The notes beneath the pieces were generated by a model. It was not told the DNA's origin and did not search any database. It was given only the letters and a program-made list of their open reading frames with translations. Shown one piece after another: positions 1-8,926 of a stretch of 24,406 nucleotides of DNA. Both the position numbers and the translations under genes were made by a program. This DNA comes from Chloroflexota bacterium (GTDB lineage: Bacteria; Chloroflexota; Limnocylindria; Limnocylindrales; CSP1-4): contig VBFZ01000128.1 in the NCBI GenBank assembly GCA_005880805.1, positions 1 through 24,406 on the forward strand, given 5' to 3'. The number at the start of each line of letters is the position of its first letter. The stretch's first letter is position 1.

Positions 1-370
1 GCAGCGCCGCGACACTGGCCTCGGCCTTCCCTTCCTGGCTCATGCCGAGATAGGCGTTCAACAGCGTGAGGAGGATCAGCAGCACCCCGGTGGGCACCTG
101 GCCCGGGATGAAAAAGCTGAGGATGCCCGCGCCGAGCAGCACGACCTGCATCGGGTCGGCGTACTGGCGCAGGAAGACCTGCCGGCGTGGCTCCTTCGGG
201 GCGTCGGCGAACTTGTTGAGTCCGAACGCGGCCTGACGGGACTCGACCTCGGCCGCCGACAGGCCGACGGCCTCGTTGACGTGCTGGGCGTCGAGCGCAT
301 CCTTGACGGTCAGCGCATGCCAGGCCGTCGTCCCGGACGGTGCTGGCGCGGGAATCGCCGTCGTCGCCAT
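1..370 (-). CDS. P-type cation-transporting ATPase, N-terminal fragment (gene continues past the window start)
   Basis: My own minus-strand translation from the ATG at 368-370 gives MATTAIPAPAPSGTTAWHALTVKDALDAQHVNEAVGLSAAEVESRQAAFGLNKFADAPKEPRRQVFLRQYADPMQVVLLGAGILSFF..., a typical Cation_ATPase_N domain plus first TM. GGAGGA sits 6 nt upstream of the ATG. Third-position GC is high. It is not in the ORF track because it has no in-window stop. Confidence 0.6.
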   Translation of the reverse strand, partial: MATTAIPAPAPSGTTAWHALTVKDALDAQHVNEAVGLSAAEVESRQAAFGLNKFADAPKEPRRQVFLRQYADPMQVVLLGAGILSFFIPGQVPTGVLLILLTLLNAYLGMSQEGKAEASVAAL

Positions 371-483
371 GTTCAGTCCTCCACTCGGCGGTTGGAGATC
401 ACTGTCGGCTGCGAGGGCGCCGCCTTCATCATCCGGATGGGGTGACGCCCTGGACGCGTCGCGCGAGTTTCGTCAGCGCAGCG

Positions 484-1992
484 CTACAACAGGACGTCGA
501 GTGCCAGCACCGCGACGGTCAGCACCGCCAGGATCACGAGGACCGGGAGGACGAAGCGGATCCAGGTGCCGTACGGGACCCGCGCGATAGCCAGGCCGCC
601 CATCACGACCGCCGACGTCGGCGTCACGAGATTCACCAGCCCGTTACCAGCCTGGTAGGCGGTCACGACTACCGATGGCGGCACGTTCGCGAAGCTCGCG
701 AGCGGGGCCATGATCGGCATCGCGACGGTGGCCAGTCCGGATGACGAAGGGATCAGGAACGAGAGCGGGATGAACGCTGCGTAGGTGAGGGTCGCGAACG
801 CCACGCCGCCAAGGCCGGACAAGGCCTGCTCCGCCCAGTTCAGGACCGTGTCCGTGATCTGGCCGTTGTTCATGATGACGGTCACCCCGCGCGCGATTCC
901 GATGATCAGGGCCACGCCGAGGAGGTCGCGTGCTCCATCGACGAATGCTCCAGTGAAGCGCGTCTCGGACATGCCGGCGAAGAAGCCGATCGCGATCGCG
1001 AACAGCAGGAACGACGCGGTCATCTCCGGGAACCACCAGAACCGGGTTGCGATCCGTGTGACTCCCAGGTCCGACCAGGGCACGACGCCGACGATCATGG
1101 CCACGAACGCGAGGAAGAACAGGACGAGAACCAGCTTCTGGCGGGTCGTCATCTCCGCGGCCGTGGCGGCCCCGGTAGCTTCGGCGTGGAAGTGGGCCAC
1201 GTTGGCCTCGCGCTCCGCGGCAACGAGGGATTGGTTCGGATCCCTGCTAACGCGTGCGGCATAGCGCATGACCCACCAGATCCCGATCGCCGTGCCGATG
1301 ACGAGGAGAACCACGCGCGAGACCAGGCCCTCGCTGATGCTGACGCCGGCGAAGCCTGATGCGATACCGGTCGCGAATGGATTGATCGTCGAGCCCAGCA
1401 CGCCGATTCCAGCGCCCAGCAGGATCAGCGCAGCTCCGGTCAGCGCGTCGTAGCCGGCCGCGATCATGACCGTCACGATCAGGAGGTAAAAGGCGAGGCT
1501 TTCCTCGGCCATGCCGTACGTCGTCCCGCCCAGCGCGAACAGGATCATGAGCACGGGAATCAATCGCTGCTCGCGCCCACGGAGGCGAGCAACGACTCGC
1601 GCGATCCCGGTCTGGATTGCGCCGGTCTGCATCGTGACGCCCAGGAACCCGCCGATGACGAGGATGAACAGGGCGACGTCGATGGCGCCGAAGAGCTCCC
1701 CCGAGTTGTAGTAGGAGATCGATCCGTCCTCGGCGGACTTGATCCCGTACATCCCGTTGATCGGAGCTGTCAGCGAGTCGTAGACGATCCGCGCGGGCGT
1801 CGCCTCGACCGCGTGGTACGTGCCCGGGATCGGCGAACCGTCTTCGTTGTAGTCGTAGCGCCCCGCCGGGATCAGCCAGGTCGCGATCGCGACGATCACG
1901 ATGAGGATGAACAGGATCGTGTAAGCGGACGGCAGGCTGAACCTCCCCCTTGCTGCCTGGTTGCCCGCTTCTGCGGTCGCGACGGCGCTCAT
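484..1992 (-). CDS. YfcC/DcuC-superfamily membrane permease, about 11-12 TM, in the ArcD position of the ADI operon (putative arginine/ornithine antiporter analogue)
   Basis: 502-aa polytopic protein with YfcC-like N-terminus (SLPSAYTILFILIVIVAIATWLIPAGRYDY...GSISYYNSGELFGAIDVALFILVIGGFLGV). ATG start. Same strand as arcABC and immediately downstream of it. Confidence 0.72.
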   Translation of the reverse strand: MSAVATAEAGNQAARGRFSLPSAYTILFILIVIVAIATWLIPAGRYDYNEDGSPIPGTYHAVEATPARIVYDSLTAPINGMYGIKSAEDGSISYYNSGELFGAIDVALFILVIGGFLGVTMQTGAIQTGIARVVARLRGREQRLIPVLMILFALGGTTYGMAEESLAFYLLIVTVMIAAGYDALTGAALILLGAGIGVLGSTINPFATGIASGFAGVSISEGLVSRVVLLVIGTAIGIWWVMRYAARVSRDPNQSLVAAEREANVAHFHAEATGAATAAEMTTRQKLVLVLFFLAFVAMIVGVVPWSDLGVTRIATRFWWFPEMTASFLLFAIAIGFFAGMSETRFTGAFVDGARDLLGVALIIGIARGVTVIMNNGQITDTVLNWAEQALSGLGGVAFATLTYAAFIPLSFLIPSSSGLATVAMPIMAPLASFANVPPSVVVTAYQAGNGLVNLVTPTSAVVMGGLAIARVPYGTWIRFVLPVLVILAVLTVAVLALDVLL

Positions 1993-2193
1993 GCGTGCAC
2001 CCCCCCTGACTCCGAATCCGCCACGGCCCTGGCCGCGACGGCTTGGGCCGCGACGGGCACGACGACCGCGGACGTGCCCGCCGTGCCCGACCCCTCGATC
2101 CGTTCGATGTCGAACCCGGTCAGCCCGTAGACAAGCGATATCACCGGCCTACCGCCGGCCGCGACATCACGCAATGCCGCAGCAGGCGAGGGC

Positions 2194-3105
2194 TCAGCCA
2201 CGGACGACGCTCGTTCCGTGCGTGCCCGCGACGAGCCCCTCGACGTCCGCGAGCGTCCCGATTGCCGCCCGGTGCCCCGTCCGCTCGGCGTATTCGACGG
2301 CAGCTCCGACCTTCGGCCCCATGGAGCCGGCCGCGAATTCCGAGCCACTCAGCTCGGTTGAGGTCGCCCGGTCGATCCGTTGCTGCGAGGGCTTCCCCCA
2401 GTCCCGGTAGACGCCGTCGACGTCGGTGGCCATGACGAACAGGTCAGCGTCGAGGTCGCGCGCCAGGAGTGACGAGGCGCGGTCCTTGTCGACGACGACC
2501 TCAGCGCCCTCGAGCATGTGGGTCCCGGGGCGGTACATGGTGGGGATGCCGCCGCCGCCGGTGCAGATGACCACGGCGCCGTATTCCAGCAGCCATCGGA
2601 TCGGCCGGATTTCGAACACACGGCGCGGCAGTGGCGACGCGACCACTCGCCGCCACTTCGCGCCGTCCTGTTTGAAGACCCAGCCCTTCTCCGCGGCGAG
2701 CCGGTCCGCCTCTTCCTGCTCGTAGACCGGTCCGATGAACTTCTCCGGGTTCGCGAAGGCCGGGTCGTCCGGATCGACTTCGACCATCGTCAGGACGGTC
2801 GCGAACGGCTTGTCCGACGGCAGCAGGTTGCCGAGCTCCTGCTCGATCAGGTAGCCGATCATCCCCTCCGTCTGCGCACCGAGCACGTCGAGGGGATAGG
2901 TCTCGACGGCCGGGTACGCAGCGCCCTGGAGCGCGAGCAGGCCGACCTGCGGGCCGTTGCCGTGGGAGATCACGAGCTCGTGATCAGCGGCCAATGGGGC
3001 CATCGCTTCGGCTGCGACCCGGACGTTGGCTCGCTGATTGTCGGCGGTCATCGGCTGCCCCCGGCGCAGCAATGCGTTCCCGCCGAGGGCGATGACGATG
3101 CGCAT
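2194..3105 (-). CDS. arcC: carbamate kinase
   Basis: [17 protein letters not shown]...[13 protein letters not shown] carbamate-kinase N-terminus, 303 aa. GGGAGGGGG RBS upstream. Lies 26 nt downstream of arcB. Confidence 0.9.
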   Translation of the reverse strand: MRIVIALGGNALLRRGQPMTADNQRANVRVAAEAMAPLAADHELVISHGNGPQVGLLALQGAAYPAVETYPLDVLGAQTEGMIGYLIEQELGNLLPSDKPFATVLTMVEVDPDDPAFANPEKFIGPVYEQEEADRLAAEKGWVFKQDGAKWRRVVASPLPRRVFEIRPIRWLLEYGAVVICTGGGGIPTMYRPGTHMLEGAEVVVDKDRASSLLARDLDADLFVMATDVDGVYRDWGKPSQQRIDRATSTELSGSEFAAGSMGPKVGAAVEYAERTGHRAAIGTLADVEGLVAGTHGTSVVRG

Positions 3106-3131
3106 GCCTGGCGAGCCCCCTCCCGCGCCCG

Positions 3132-4151
3132 TCAGTCGCCGATGGTGGCCACGAGAACCGCCTTGATCGTGTGCATGCGGTTCTCGGCCTGGTCGAACAC
3201 GATCGACGCCGGCGACTCGAACACCTCATCGGTGACCTCCATCTGGGAGATCCCGAAGTGCGCGGCGATGTCGGCGCCGACCTTCGTGTCGGAGTTGTGG
3301 AAGGCCGGCAGGCAGTGCATGAACTTCACGTTCGGATTGCCGCTCTTCGCCAGCGTCGAGACGTTGACCTGATAGGGCCGGAGCTCCGGGATGCGCTGTG
3401 CCCAGACTTCCTTGGGCTCGCCCATCGAGACCCACACGTCTGTGTACAGGAAGTCCGCGCCCTTCACGCCCTCGTCGACAGAGTCGGTCAGGGTGATATG
3501 CGCGCCGGTCTGGCCGGCGATCCGACGGGCCTCGTCGACGAGCTCCTGGTGGGGCCACCGCGCCCGCGGACCGACAAGGCGCACGTCCATGCCCAGCTTC
3601 GCCCCGCCGATCATCAACGAGTTGCCCATGTTGTTCGCGGCGTCGCCCAGGAACGCGAAAGCGACCTGGTTGAGCGGCTTGCCGGAGTGCTCGCGCATCG
3701 TCAGGAAGTCGGCCAGGATCTGGGTCGGGTGGAACTCGTCGGTCAAGCCGTTCCAGACCGGCACGCCGGCCGTGCTGGCCAGGGTCTCGACGATCGACTG
3801 GTCGAACCCGCGGTACTCGATGCCGTCGTAGAGCCGGCCGAGAACGCGCGCCGTGTCCTTGATCGTCTCCTTGTGGCCCATCTGTGACGACTGCGGGTCG
3901 AGGTAGGTCACGTGCGCACCCTGGCCGTAGGCGGCGACCTCGAAGGAGCACCGCGTCCGGGTCGAAGTCTTCTCGAAGATCAGGCAGATCTCTTTCTGGC
4001 GAAGGTGCTCCACCTCGGTCCCGGCGCGCTTCTCGGCCTTGAGGTTCGCAGCAAGGTCGATCAGGTAGCGGATCTCGTCCGGCGAGTAGTCAAGCTCCTT
4101 GAGGAAGTTGCGTCCCCGGAGCGAGGGGGCCGGTGGGGCCATCGTGGTCAT
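3132..4151 (-). CDS. arcB: ornithine carbamoyltransferase (catabolic)
   Basis: STRTRCSFE carbamoyl-phosphate-binding motif and HCLPA motif, 339 aa. GGGAGG RBS. Confidence 0.9.
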   Translation of the reverse strand: MTTMAPPAPSLRGRNFLKELDYSPDEIRYLIDLAANLKAEKRAGTEVEHLRQKEICLIFEKTSTRTRCSFEVAAYGQGAHVTYLDPQSSQMGHKETIKDTARVLGRLYDGIEYRGFDQSIVETLASTAGVPVWNGLTDEFHPTQILADFLTMREHSGKPLNQVAFAFLGDAANNMGNSLMIGGAKLGMDVRLVGPRARWPHQELVDEARRIAGQTGAHITLTDSVDEGVKGADFLYTDVWVSMGEPKEVWAQRIPELRPYQVNVSTLAKSGNPNVKFMHCLPAFHNSDTKVGADIAAHFGISQMEVTDEVFESPASIVFDQAENRMHTIKAVLVATIGD

Positions 4152-4216
4152 GTCGAAGCCTCCCGTTCGAAGGTGTCAGGTGGTGCTACGGCTCGCGTTG
4201 TTGGCTGGCCGGGCGG

Positions 4217-5524
4217 TCACACGGGATCCCGGACGATCGGGCACGTCATGCAGTGGCCGCCGCCGCGCCCGCGCCCGAGCTCCGATCCGTCGATCGTCAG
4301 GACCTCGATCCCGGCGTGGCGCATCAGCGAGTTCGTGTACTCGTTCCGCTCATACGCGAGGACGACGCCCGGCTCGAGGGCGACGACGTTGTTGCCGTCG
4401 TCCCACTGCTCCCGCTCGGACTCCCAGCGGTCTCCGCCGGTCTCGATCACGCGCAGGGTCCTGAGCCCGAGGGCATCCTTGACCGCCCCCAGGAACGACG
4501 GCTCGCGTCGGACATCGAACGTGCCTGCTCCATCGCCGGGCCGCACGGAATAGGCAGTGATCGACGCGACCACCTTGGGAAACACGGTCACGGCGTCCCG
4601 ATCGAGGAACGTGAAGACCGTGTCGAGATGCATGTGGGCCCGATCCCGCGACATCCCGGCCGCAATGACCCGGTCCGCGGCACCCGCCTCGAACAACGAG
4701 CGGGCGATCTTCTCGATCATCTGGCCGGTTGTCCGCTCGCTCATCCCGATGGCGACGGTCCGGTTGCCGATCGGCATGATGTCGCCGCCTTCGCTGCTGA
4801 CCCGGCCGAACGACTCGCCCTCCTGCTCGCGCGAATACCAGAACGGGAATCCGGCGCCAGCGAAGTCCGGGTGGAAGCGGTAGATGGCCTCGACGTTCAG
4901 CGCCTCCAGGCGGCGTGCCGGCCAGTACATCGGGTTGACCACGACGCCGCCGTAGATCCAGGCCGACGAGTCGCGCGTGAAGTAGCTGTTCGGGAGCGGG
5001 CGCAGGACGAAGTCGTCTGGCTCCATGGCCGACACCACGAGGGATCGCCGGGCGACCTGCCCGCCGCCCACTTCCTGGACCCCTCGACCTCGCAGGAGCT
5101 GCTCCGCCTCCTGGACCGTCAGCCCACCCACCAAATGGTCGGCGAGCGTCCGGGCATCCACCGTGTCGAGATATGCCCGGGCGTCGTCGGCGACGCCGGC
5201 CCCGACGGTGAACGGGGTGACGGCTCGATCGAGGACCCACTTCCGCGCCTCCGGAGAGGCCAGCGCCCCGGCGAGAAGCTCCTCGAGGTAGATGACCTCG
5301 ATTCCGCGTTCGCGCAGGAGGTCGGCGAACGCATCGTGCTGTTGGCGTGCCCGGCGGACCCACAGGACGTCATCGAACAGGAGCTCGTCGTGGTTGCCAG
5401 GAGTGAGCCGCTTCAGCTCGAGGTCCGGCCGATGCAACATGACCTTCCGAAGCCTCCCGACCTCGGAGTGGACGCCGAACGCACGCGCCGTTTCGGCCAT
5501 CGATGGATGGATGGCGGTGGTCAT
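4217..5524 (-). CDS. arcA: arginine deiminase
   Basis: The track ORF (4217..5965, 582 aa) has a non-homologous Pro/Ala-rich N-terminal extension. ADI homology starts at [33 protein letters not shown] (residue 148), so the start is set at 5524, giving 436 aa. A GGGAG RBS sits about 7 nt upstream. The C-terminal catalytic Cys context GGGHCMTCP is present. Confidence 0.88.
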   Translation of the reverse strand: MTTAIHPSMAETARAFGVHSEVGRLRKVMLHRPDLELKRLTPGNHDELLFDDVLWVRRARQQHDAFADLLRERGIEVIYLEELLAGALASPEARKWVLDRAVTPFTVGAGVADDARAYLDTVDARTLADHLVGGLTVQEAEQLLRGRGVQEVGGGQVARRSLVVSAMEPDDFVLRPLPNSYFTRDSSAWIYGGVVVNPMYWPARRLEALNVEAIYRFHPDFAGAGFPFWYSREQEGESFGRVSSEGGDIMPIGNRTVAIGMSERTTGQMIEKIARSLFEAGAADRVIAAGMSRDRAHMHLDTVFTFLDRDAVTVFPKVVASITAYSVRPGDGAGTFDVRREPSFLGAVKDALGLRTLRVIETGGDRWESEREQWDDGNNVVALEPGVVLAYERNEYTNSLMRHAGIEVLTIDGSELGRGRGGGHCMTCPIVRDPV

Positions 5525-5648
5525 CGCGGTCTCCCATCGTTCCGTAACAGGCTGCCGCGGAGCCTCGGCCCCGCCCGGGCATTGCACACCGGGCCCTCCC
5601 GCCGAGGCATCACCCAGATGGGATGAGCGGTCGCTCGCCGCATCGGGA

Positions 5649-5722
5649 AGGACCGCCGGACCTGCCGCCGCCGGGAGGCGGACCACCGGACCTGCCGCCG
5701 CCGGGAGGCGGACCACCCCCGG
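5649..5722. repeat. 30-bp GC-rich tandem direct repeat, about 2.3 copies, unit GACC(G/A)CCGGACCTGCCGCCGCCGGGAGGCG
   Basis: Two adjacent units differ at one position and are followed by a partial third unit (GACCACCCCC). The repeat lies in the 278-bp arcA upstream/divergent intergenic region. Confidence 0.7.
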
Positions 5723-5763
5723 AGTGGCGGGTGTACGCCATGTCGCAGAGGCGACGGCGCGGC

Positions 5764-5785
5764 AACAGTGTTCGGCGGGACTGTT
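5764..5785. promoter_or_regulatory. inverted repeat AACAGT-N10-ACTGTT immediately upstream of the first small membrane gene (candidate operator)
   Basis: Perfect 6-bp arms. It lies about 8 nt upstream of the AGGAGG RBS of the 5804 gene. Confidence 0.25.
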
Positions 5786-5803
5786 CTCCAGCAGGAGGTC
5801 GAC

Positions 5804-6226
5804 GTGTCCGAAGCGACCGCGCAGCCGGATGAGGAGGCTGAGAGCCGACCGCTCAGCGTGATCGTCCTCGCGATCCTGTGCGGCGTGGCCCTGGTGCTGG
5901 CCGTCGTCCACCTGCTCCAGGCCCTGGCGATCGTCCCCTACTTCATCGGCCCCATCGCGATCCATGACTTCAACTGGTGGTACTCACTGATGTGGATCTC
6001 GATGATCTGGCTGTGGTCGGCGGCGATCAGGGCGGTCTGGACGCTCGATACCTCGGCGCCATGGTTCGTGCTCATCGTGGCCGGCTTCAACGTGCTGTTC
6101 GACTTCAGCACGATGGCCCTGTCGCCGAACGGGACGACCGACCTCAGCGCCAGCTTCATCGTCAGCCTGGCGATCTTCGGTTTCGCGATCCTCCCGAGCA
6201 CCAAGCACGCCTTCGCCGTCGACTAG
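5804..6226 (+). CDS. hypothetical small integral membrane protein (140 aa, about 4 TM), paralog A
   Basis: GTG start 5 nt after AGGAGG; the track's extra 12 N-terminal residues were trimmed. Four hydrophobic helices. Motifs [20 protein letters not shown] and C-terminal KHAFAVD are shared with the downstream paralog. Confidence 0.6.
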   Translation: MSEATAQPDEEAESRPLSVIVLAILCGVALVLAVVHLLQALAIVPYFIGPIAIHDFNWWYSLMWISMIWLWSAAIRAVWTLDTSAPWFVLIVAGFNVLFDFSTMALSPNGTTDLSASFIVSLAIFGFAILPSTKHAFAVD

Positions 6227-6355
6227 TTCGCGGGCGCACACCCCCGCGCAAGCGTGTAGGCGCCATGGGACTGCGGCGCCCGGGCGAGCACCCTCTGCTC
6301 GCGTGCGGGACCTGCGGCCAGCGACGCCGCAGGCAGGTACGCGAAGGAGGCGGAC

Positions 6356-6778
6356 ATGACCGAAGCGATGACGGAGACCCGAACGACAACACGCAGCCGA
6401 CCGATCGGCGTGATCGTCCTCGCCGCCCTGGCCGGTATCGCCCTGCTGCTGTCCATCGGGCACCTCCTGCAGGCACTGGGCATCCTGCCGTACTTCATCG
6501 GCCGGATCGAGATTCGCAACTTCAACATCTGGTACGTGCTGCTGTGGGGCCTGATGGTCTGGGTCTGGGCGTGGGCGATCCAGGCGATCTGGAACATCGA
6601 TCCTGCGGCCTGGGTGTTCCTCATGGTCGTCAGCGGCTTCAACCTGCTGTTCGACTTCTTTGCGATGATCGGAGCCTCGACGACCTACACGGACTTGAGC
6701 GCCAGCTTCATCGTCAACGGGCTGATCTTCGCCTACACGCTGCTGCCGGGGACCAAGCGCGCGTTCGCCGTGGAGTAG
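6356..6778 (+). CDS. hypothetical small integral membrane protein (140 aa, about 4 TM), paralog B
   Basis: ATG start 6 nt after AGGAGG. It is exactly the same length as paralog A and about 50-55% identical by eye (LLQALGILPYFIG, FNLLFDF, KRAFAVE). Confidence 0.65.
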   Translation: MTEAMTETRTTTRSRPIGVIVLAALAGIALLLSIGHLLQALGILPYFIGRIEIRNFNIWYVLLWGLMVWVWAWAIQAIWNIDPAAWVFLMVVSGFNLLFDFFAMIGASTTYTDLSASFIVNGLIFAYTLLPGTKRAFAVE

Positions 6779-6919
6779 GGGTAGGGGGCGCGTCGCAGGG
6801 CGCGCCAAACGGCGGACGACTTCCGTCGCGTCCCGGTGAGGCTGGTGACCGACCAGCTCCCGGGACGCGTTCCTTTCTTGCGGGTGGCGTTTGCCGCTGC
6901 CGGGTTGCCGCTGCCGGCG

Positions 6920-7657
6920 TTATTGGGCTACCGACAGTACCGCGGCGACGAGATACCCGAGCACCACGACCAGCCCGACCAACCGGCCGCCGTGCTCGAA
7001 GCCCTCGGGCAGCATCGAATTGGAGAGCATCGTCAGGACGGCGCCACCAGCGAAGGCCTCAGAGAAGAGGCCCGTGACGTGCCCGGACTGCGCCGCCAGG
7101 AATCCGATGCCGGCCGCGACCGCGCTCACGATCGTCAGCCCGACCCACATGCCCAGGATGCGTCGGTCCGTGTAGCCGGCAGCCCGCAGGTTGATCGTCC
7201 CGGCGATGCCCTCCGGGACATTCGAAACGAACACCGCTGTCAGGAAGGCAACGTTGATCGTCCCCCCGAGCGCGAGCGTGATTCCCAGGATGGTTGATTC
7301 GGGGATGCCGTCGAGGAGCGCCCCAAGGAACATGGCCGCTCCCGACCCTCCTGACGACTCTCGTGCGGCCCCGTCGATATCGCTACGAGTCTCGCCGCCG
7401 CTTCCGTCGACGATCCGGTCGGCCACGAAATAGACGATCGCGCCGAACAGGAACGCAAGGCCGATCCCTCGTCCGACTTCAAGGTTCGACTCCGGGATCA
7501 GCTCGTAGGCCACCGCGCTGAGCAGCGCGCCGGCACCGAACCCCATCACCAGCCCGAGCGCGCGATGGGCGCCTTCCATGCGCCGCGCGAACGCCTGGCC
7601 GATGCACAGTGACCCGGCTGCAAAGCCACCCCACAGGATGGCAGCCCAGACGTTCAC
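6920..7657 (-). CDS. ZIP-family divalent metal (Zn/Fe) permease, ZupT-like
   Basis: 245 aa, about 8 TM. AVAYELIPE motif and the ZIP signature SNVPEG (ZupT has HNIPEG). GTG start with a weak RBS. Confidence 0.78.
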   Translation of the reverse strand: MNVWAAILWGGFAAGSLCIGQAFARRMEGAHRALGLVMGFGAGALLSAVAYELIPESNLEVGRGIGLAFLFGAIVYFVADRIVDGSGGETRSDIDGAARESSGGSGAAMFLGALLDGIPESTILGITLALGGTINVAFLTAVFVSNVPEGIAGTINLRAAGYTDRRILGMWVGLTIVSAVAAGIGFLAAQSGHVTGLFSEAFAGGAVLTMLSNSMLPEGFEHGGRLVGLVVVLGYLVAAVLSVAQ

Positions 7658-7732
7658 GAGGGGTCACCGGTCCGTCCGGCCCGGCACGCACGCGAGGCCT
7701 CGGCCACTGCCGCCGCCGGGTCGCGGATCAGG

Positions 7733-8920
7733 TCACTCGCGGCCGCGCTGGCGCGAGGATGCCTGGCCCGACTGGACGGGTTGCCCGTTGGCTCCATCCG
7801 GCTGCGCGTCGCCGGCCGGCGTCTGCATCAGCAACGAGCTCGCGACGTCGATTCCCGGCCCGACCTGGACCATTGCCCGGGTGTTGGATGCCAGCGCCGC
7901 GGCGACGTCCAGTCGCCTGCTCTCGACATCCCACTGCATCGCGGTCGGGTACTCGCGGATTCGCGAGTCGAGTCGTTCGAGCCGGACGACCTCGTTCTCG
8001 GCCTCGAGCTCGATCGCCGCACGATGCAGCCGGATCCGCTGGCGCTCCTGCTCGTCGCGGTCGGCCAGGCGCAGGAGCTCGAGCTCATGGAGCTCCTGCT
8101 CCTCGGCGCGCTGCACGCCGGCGAGACGGCGGGTTTCGCGGGATGCCACGAACTCGGTCGGAGGTCGCACGTCCGTCACGACGACCCGCGCAACCTCGAC
8201 GCCGTAAGGCTCCAGGTCTGCCCCGATGTCCTTCCGGAGGCGCTCGCCGTCCGGGTCGCCGAGGTCGAGCACCTCCTCGGAGGTCTTGCTCCGAACGAGC
8301 AGCCGAACCGCGTCCTGGCAGGACGCCTGGCACACGTGGTCGAAGTCAGGAACGGTGATCGTGAAGACGAAACGCTCGGGTGCGGCCACACGGAAGGTGA
8401 GCAGGATGACGATGTTCGTGCGCACGTCATCGCGCGTCGGGAACTCGCTGGCCGTCGCAGCGAACGGGGTCTCGCGGGTCGTCACCAGGTGGCTGACGAT
8501 GATCCACGGCGGAACGACATGGTTGCCCGGCTGGAGGGTCGCGTAGAACCGGCCCCGTCGGAGGAGAATCGCCTGGGAACCCTCGGGGATCGGCACGATG
8601 AACGCCTGGAACACCCCCAGGATCACGAGCGCGACGCCGACGCCAACGCCACCGGCACGGAGCGCAATCGACACGTCGAAGATCAGTCCGGCCACTAAAA
8701 CGACGATGCCGGCGGTGACGAGCTCGTTTCGGACGCGAAACGCCTGCTGCGGGAGGACGACGATCGGCGGTCGGCCGCTCGCGTCGGGCGTGGCGAGCGC
8801 CTGGGCGGCGTCGCGGAGTGGAACGCGGACCTGGGTGAGCTGCGTTTCGGCGGCGACTGCTGCGCCAGGTGTCGCGTCAGCCCCGGCGTCCGCTGCGGCG
8901 GTGGCGGTCATCTCGGCCAT
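7733..8920 (-). CDS. SPFH/band-7 (stomatin/prohibitin-like) membrane protein with C-terminal coiled coil
   Basis: N-terminal TM segments followed by an SPFH core (IPEGSQAILLRRGRFYATLQPGNHVVPPWIIVSHLVTTRETPF) and an E/R-rich heptad region. It starts 6 nt after the upstream AI-2E stop. Confidence 0.78.
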   Translation of the reverse strand: MAEMTATAAADAGADATPGAAVAAETQLTQVRVPLRDAAQALATPDASGRPPIVVLPQQAFRVRNELVTAGIVVLVAGLIFDVSIALRAGGVGVGVALVILGVFQAFIVPIPEGSQAILLRRGRFYATLQPGNHVVPPWIIVSHLVTTRETPFAATASEFPTRDDVRTNIVILLTFRVAAPERFVFTITVPDFDHVCQASCQDAVRLLVRSKTSEEVLDLGDPDGERLRKDIGADLEPYGVEVARVVVTDVRPPTEFVASRETRRLAGVQRAEEQELHELELLRLADRDEQERQRIRLHRAAIELEAENEVVRLERLDSRIREYPTAMQWDVESRRLDVAAALASNTRAMVQVGPGIDVASSLLMQTPAGDAQPDGANGQPVQSGQASSRQRGRE

Positions 8921-8926
8921 GGCCGA

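Noticed and set aside
1993-2193. 200-bp ORF-free gap between arcC and the YfcC-like permease, with direct repeats GGCCGCGACGG x2 and a GATATC palindrome
   Set aside because: It could hold an internal promoter or attenuator, but I see no convincing -10/-35, hairpin/U-tract or leader peptide, so it is noted only as a gap.
4133-5626. Long antisense/alternative-frame ORFs, e.g. 4133..5626(+), 4350..5363(-), 5984..6808(-), 5977..7077(+), 13274..15532(-), 13429..15186(+), 18890..20749(+), 7609..8358(+), 8598..9512(+), 21212..22933 upstream part
   Set aside because: They overlap well-supported genes on the other strand or frame, encode Arg/Pro/Gly/Asp-rich low-complexity protein, and are expected by chance at about 70% GC where stop codons are rare.
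5623-5832. 69-aa ORF encoding [10 protein letters not shown] twice, a translation of the tandem repeat
   Set aside because: It has no RBS, is wholly low-complexity, and runs into the start of the 5804 gene. It is most likely a frame artefact of the GC-rich repeat, although the DNA repeat itself is real.
4217-5965. 582-aa arcA ORF as listed in the track (and similar long N-terminal extensions on the glucosidase, DinB-like, DUF5996-like, amidase, GNAT, CMD, rhodanese and lipoprotein ORFs)
   Set aside because: The track takes the most upstream ATG/GTG/TTG. The extensions are Arg/Pro/Ala-rich, lack homology and lack RBSs, whereas internal starts have SD sequences and coincide with the onset of family homology. 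This is typical high-GC ORF over-extension.
6786-6806. GGCGCG-N8-CGCGCC hairpin between the convergent paralog-B and ZIP genes as a bidirectional intrinsic terminator
   Set aside because: It has a 6-bp stem only and no U-tract on either strand, and GC-rich spacers form such hairpins by chance. I could not score it quantitatively, so it is left unannotated.
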